Of a DNA stretch of 36,373 nt, positions 35,339-36,373 are shown piece by piece. The position numbers and the translations under genes are program-made. The DNA is from Longimicrobium sp. (GTDB lineage: Bacteria > Gemmatimonadota > Gemmatimonadetes > Longimicrobiales > Longimicrobiaceae), in the NCBI RefSeq assembly GCF_036554565.1, contig NZ_DATBNB010000327.1, forward strand, positions 1-36,373. The letters run 5' to 3'. Position 1 is the first letter of the stretch; the number at the start of each line of letters is the position of its first letter. Under the pieces are notes generated by a model. It worked only from the letters and a program-made list of their open reading frames with translations. It did not search any database and was not told where the DNA came from.

Positions 35339-35821
35339 ATGCCGAAGCCACGCGTCTACATCGAAACGACGATCCCCAGCTTCTACTACGACCCGCGCCT
35401 CGATCCCGAGATCGTGGAGCGGCGTCACTGGACACGCCTGTGGTGGGATCAGGCGGTGGACCGCTACGAACTCGTCACGAGCGAGGTCGTACTGCGTGAA
35501 CTCGCGGCCGGCACCACCAACATCGCCCTCCTGCGAATCGCGCTCGTGGCGCCTCTCCTGCGCCTGGAATTCGAGCCCGTCGTGGGGGAGGTCGTGGGCG
35601 AATACCTGAAGCACAAGCTCATGCCCGCGGTTCCCCCGTACGATGCATGGCACCTGGCCCTTGCCTCATTCCATTGTTGCGATTTCATTGTAACGTGGAA
35701 CTGCAGGCACTTGGCGAACCCCAATAAGGCGCCTCACGTGGCGCGCATCAACGCGTCGCTGGGATTGTACGTGCCGAGGCTGGCGACGCCGCGGGACCTG
35801 CTTGGGAGGAAAGATGAGTGA
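35339..35821 (+). CDS. PIN-domain (VapC-like) toxin, copy 2
   Basis: MPKPRVYIETTIPSFY, DAWHLALAS...CDFIVTWNC.HLANPNK; paralog of 30029-30508. Confidence 0.9.
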   Translation: MPKPRVYIETTIPSFYYDPRLDPEIVERRHWTRLWWDQAVDRYELVTSEVVLRELAAGTTNIALLRIALVAPLLRLEFEPVVGEVVGEYLKHKLMPAVPPYDAWHLALASFHCCDFIVTWNCRHLANPNKAPHVARINASLGLYVPRLATPRDLLGRKDE

Positions 35822-36053
35822 GCCACCCCTCAGCGCGGCCGATGAGGCCATCGAAGAAATCCGTGAAACCCGCCGCAGGTTGTGGGAGCAGTTCGGGAAC
35901 GATCCCGCCCGTTTCACGGCTCGCATGCAGGAATTCCATGCCGAATCCGTGAAACAGGGGCACCGGGAGATCAAGCTGCCTGAGGGTGAAGCCGCCCGGA
36001 TCGCTGCCGCTTGCGAGGCCTTGCGGAGAAAACGAGCGGCCGCGGAGCATTGA
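35814..36053 (+). CDS. third paralog of the putative antitoxin, 79 aa
   Basis: GGAGG RBS, overlaps the PIN stop; DEAIEEIRETRRRLWEQFGNDP...HAE.V.QGH.EIK...ARI.AAC.AL. Confidence 0.75.
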   Translation: MSEPPLSAADEAIEEIRETRRRLWEQFGNDPARFTARMQEFHAESVKQGHREIKLPEGEAARIAAACEALRRKRAAAEH

Positions 36054-36067
36054 TCGACGCCGCTCGC

Positions 36068-36187
36068 TCAATGTTAGTCGTGTGAGCGGACGATCTCGCG
36101 GGCGTCGTCCAGCGTGAGGGGGAAGAACGTCTCGGCCTTCAGGTTCGTCACGCCGTCCTCCTTGCCCAACTTTCTCCGCACCGCCAG
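36068..36187 (-). pseudogene. dnaE2-like 3'-end remnant 3
   Basis: LAVRRKLGKEDGVTNLKAETFFPLTLDDAREIVRSHD*H*; resembles the S[RH]D[FY]H terminus of DnaE2 with a premature TAA. Confidence 0.75.
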
Positions 36188-36260
36188 GGGCCGGTGCGCA
36201 AGCCTCTCGTGCGCCCGAAAGCATGCAAGGCCCCGCATCCCCTGCAGCCGATTGTTAGGC
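36187..36260 (-). other. attC-like site, 3'-truncated and fused to the dnaE2 remnant
   Basis: GCCTAAC (canonical R'')-AATCGGCTGCAG-GGGATGCGGGGCCTTGC...CTTGCGCACCGGCCCC, then an abrupt switch into dnaE2-like sequence. Confidence 0.7.
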
Positions 36261-36373
36261 CGCACGGCGGGACGAGTTATGTGCCTTTATGGCTTACAGC
36301 AGCCTCACAAGACGGGCCGCCGGACGATGAGGCCGGCGGCCGATGTGTTCACCCGTGAACATGTCGGCCATAC

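Noticed and set aside
36074-36265. 63-aa ORF MRPNNRLQGMRG...
   Set aside because: Read-through of an attC-like site into a dnaE2 remnant, not a real gene

Overview
GC-rich bacterial chromosomal window. Gene content and repeat style suggest a Longimicrobium-like Gemmatimonadota genome (inference). The backbone is housekeeping: two tRNA operons (12 tRNA genes), leuS, a TIGR01777 epimerase, a class A-like serine hydrolase, NlpC/P60, CapA, a leuB-like dehydrogenase, a YpfJ-like peptidase, a TonB receptor, a pabB-pabC fusion, OsmC, an inositol monophosphatase, a POT transporter, an M28 peptidase, a TrxB-like reductase and a Ser/Thr kinase. Four things stand out. (1) 29.9-36.4 kb is an accretion zone: two copies of a toxin-first PIN toxin-antitoxin module, three decayed 3'-end remnants of an error-prone polymerase (dnaE2-like), and co-oriented cargo genes separated by eroded attC-like sites, with no integrase in view. 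(2) Cargo flanked by diverged direct repeats of host sequence recurs at the leuS leader, the TIGR01777 3' end and the PIN 3' end. (3) A solo Y1 (IS200/IS605-type) transposase lies between inverted 53-bp REP-like double hairpins, two more of which are dispersed and joined to a second repeat family. (4) A tRNA with a Lys(CUU)-like body carries a Gln (CUG) anticodon, in an operon that also has a normal tRNA-Gln(CUG). All calls are by-eye pattern recognition; no searches were run.
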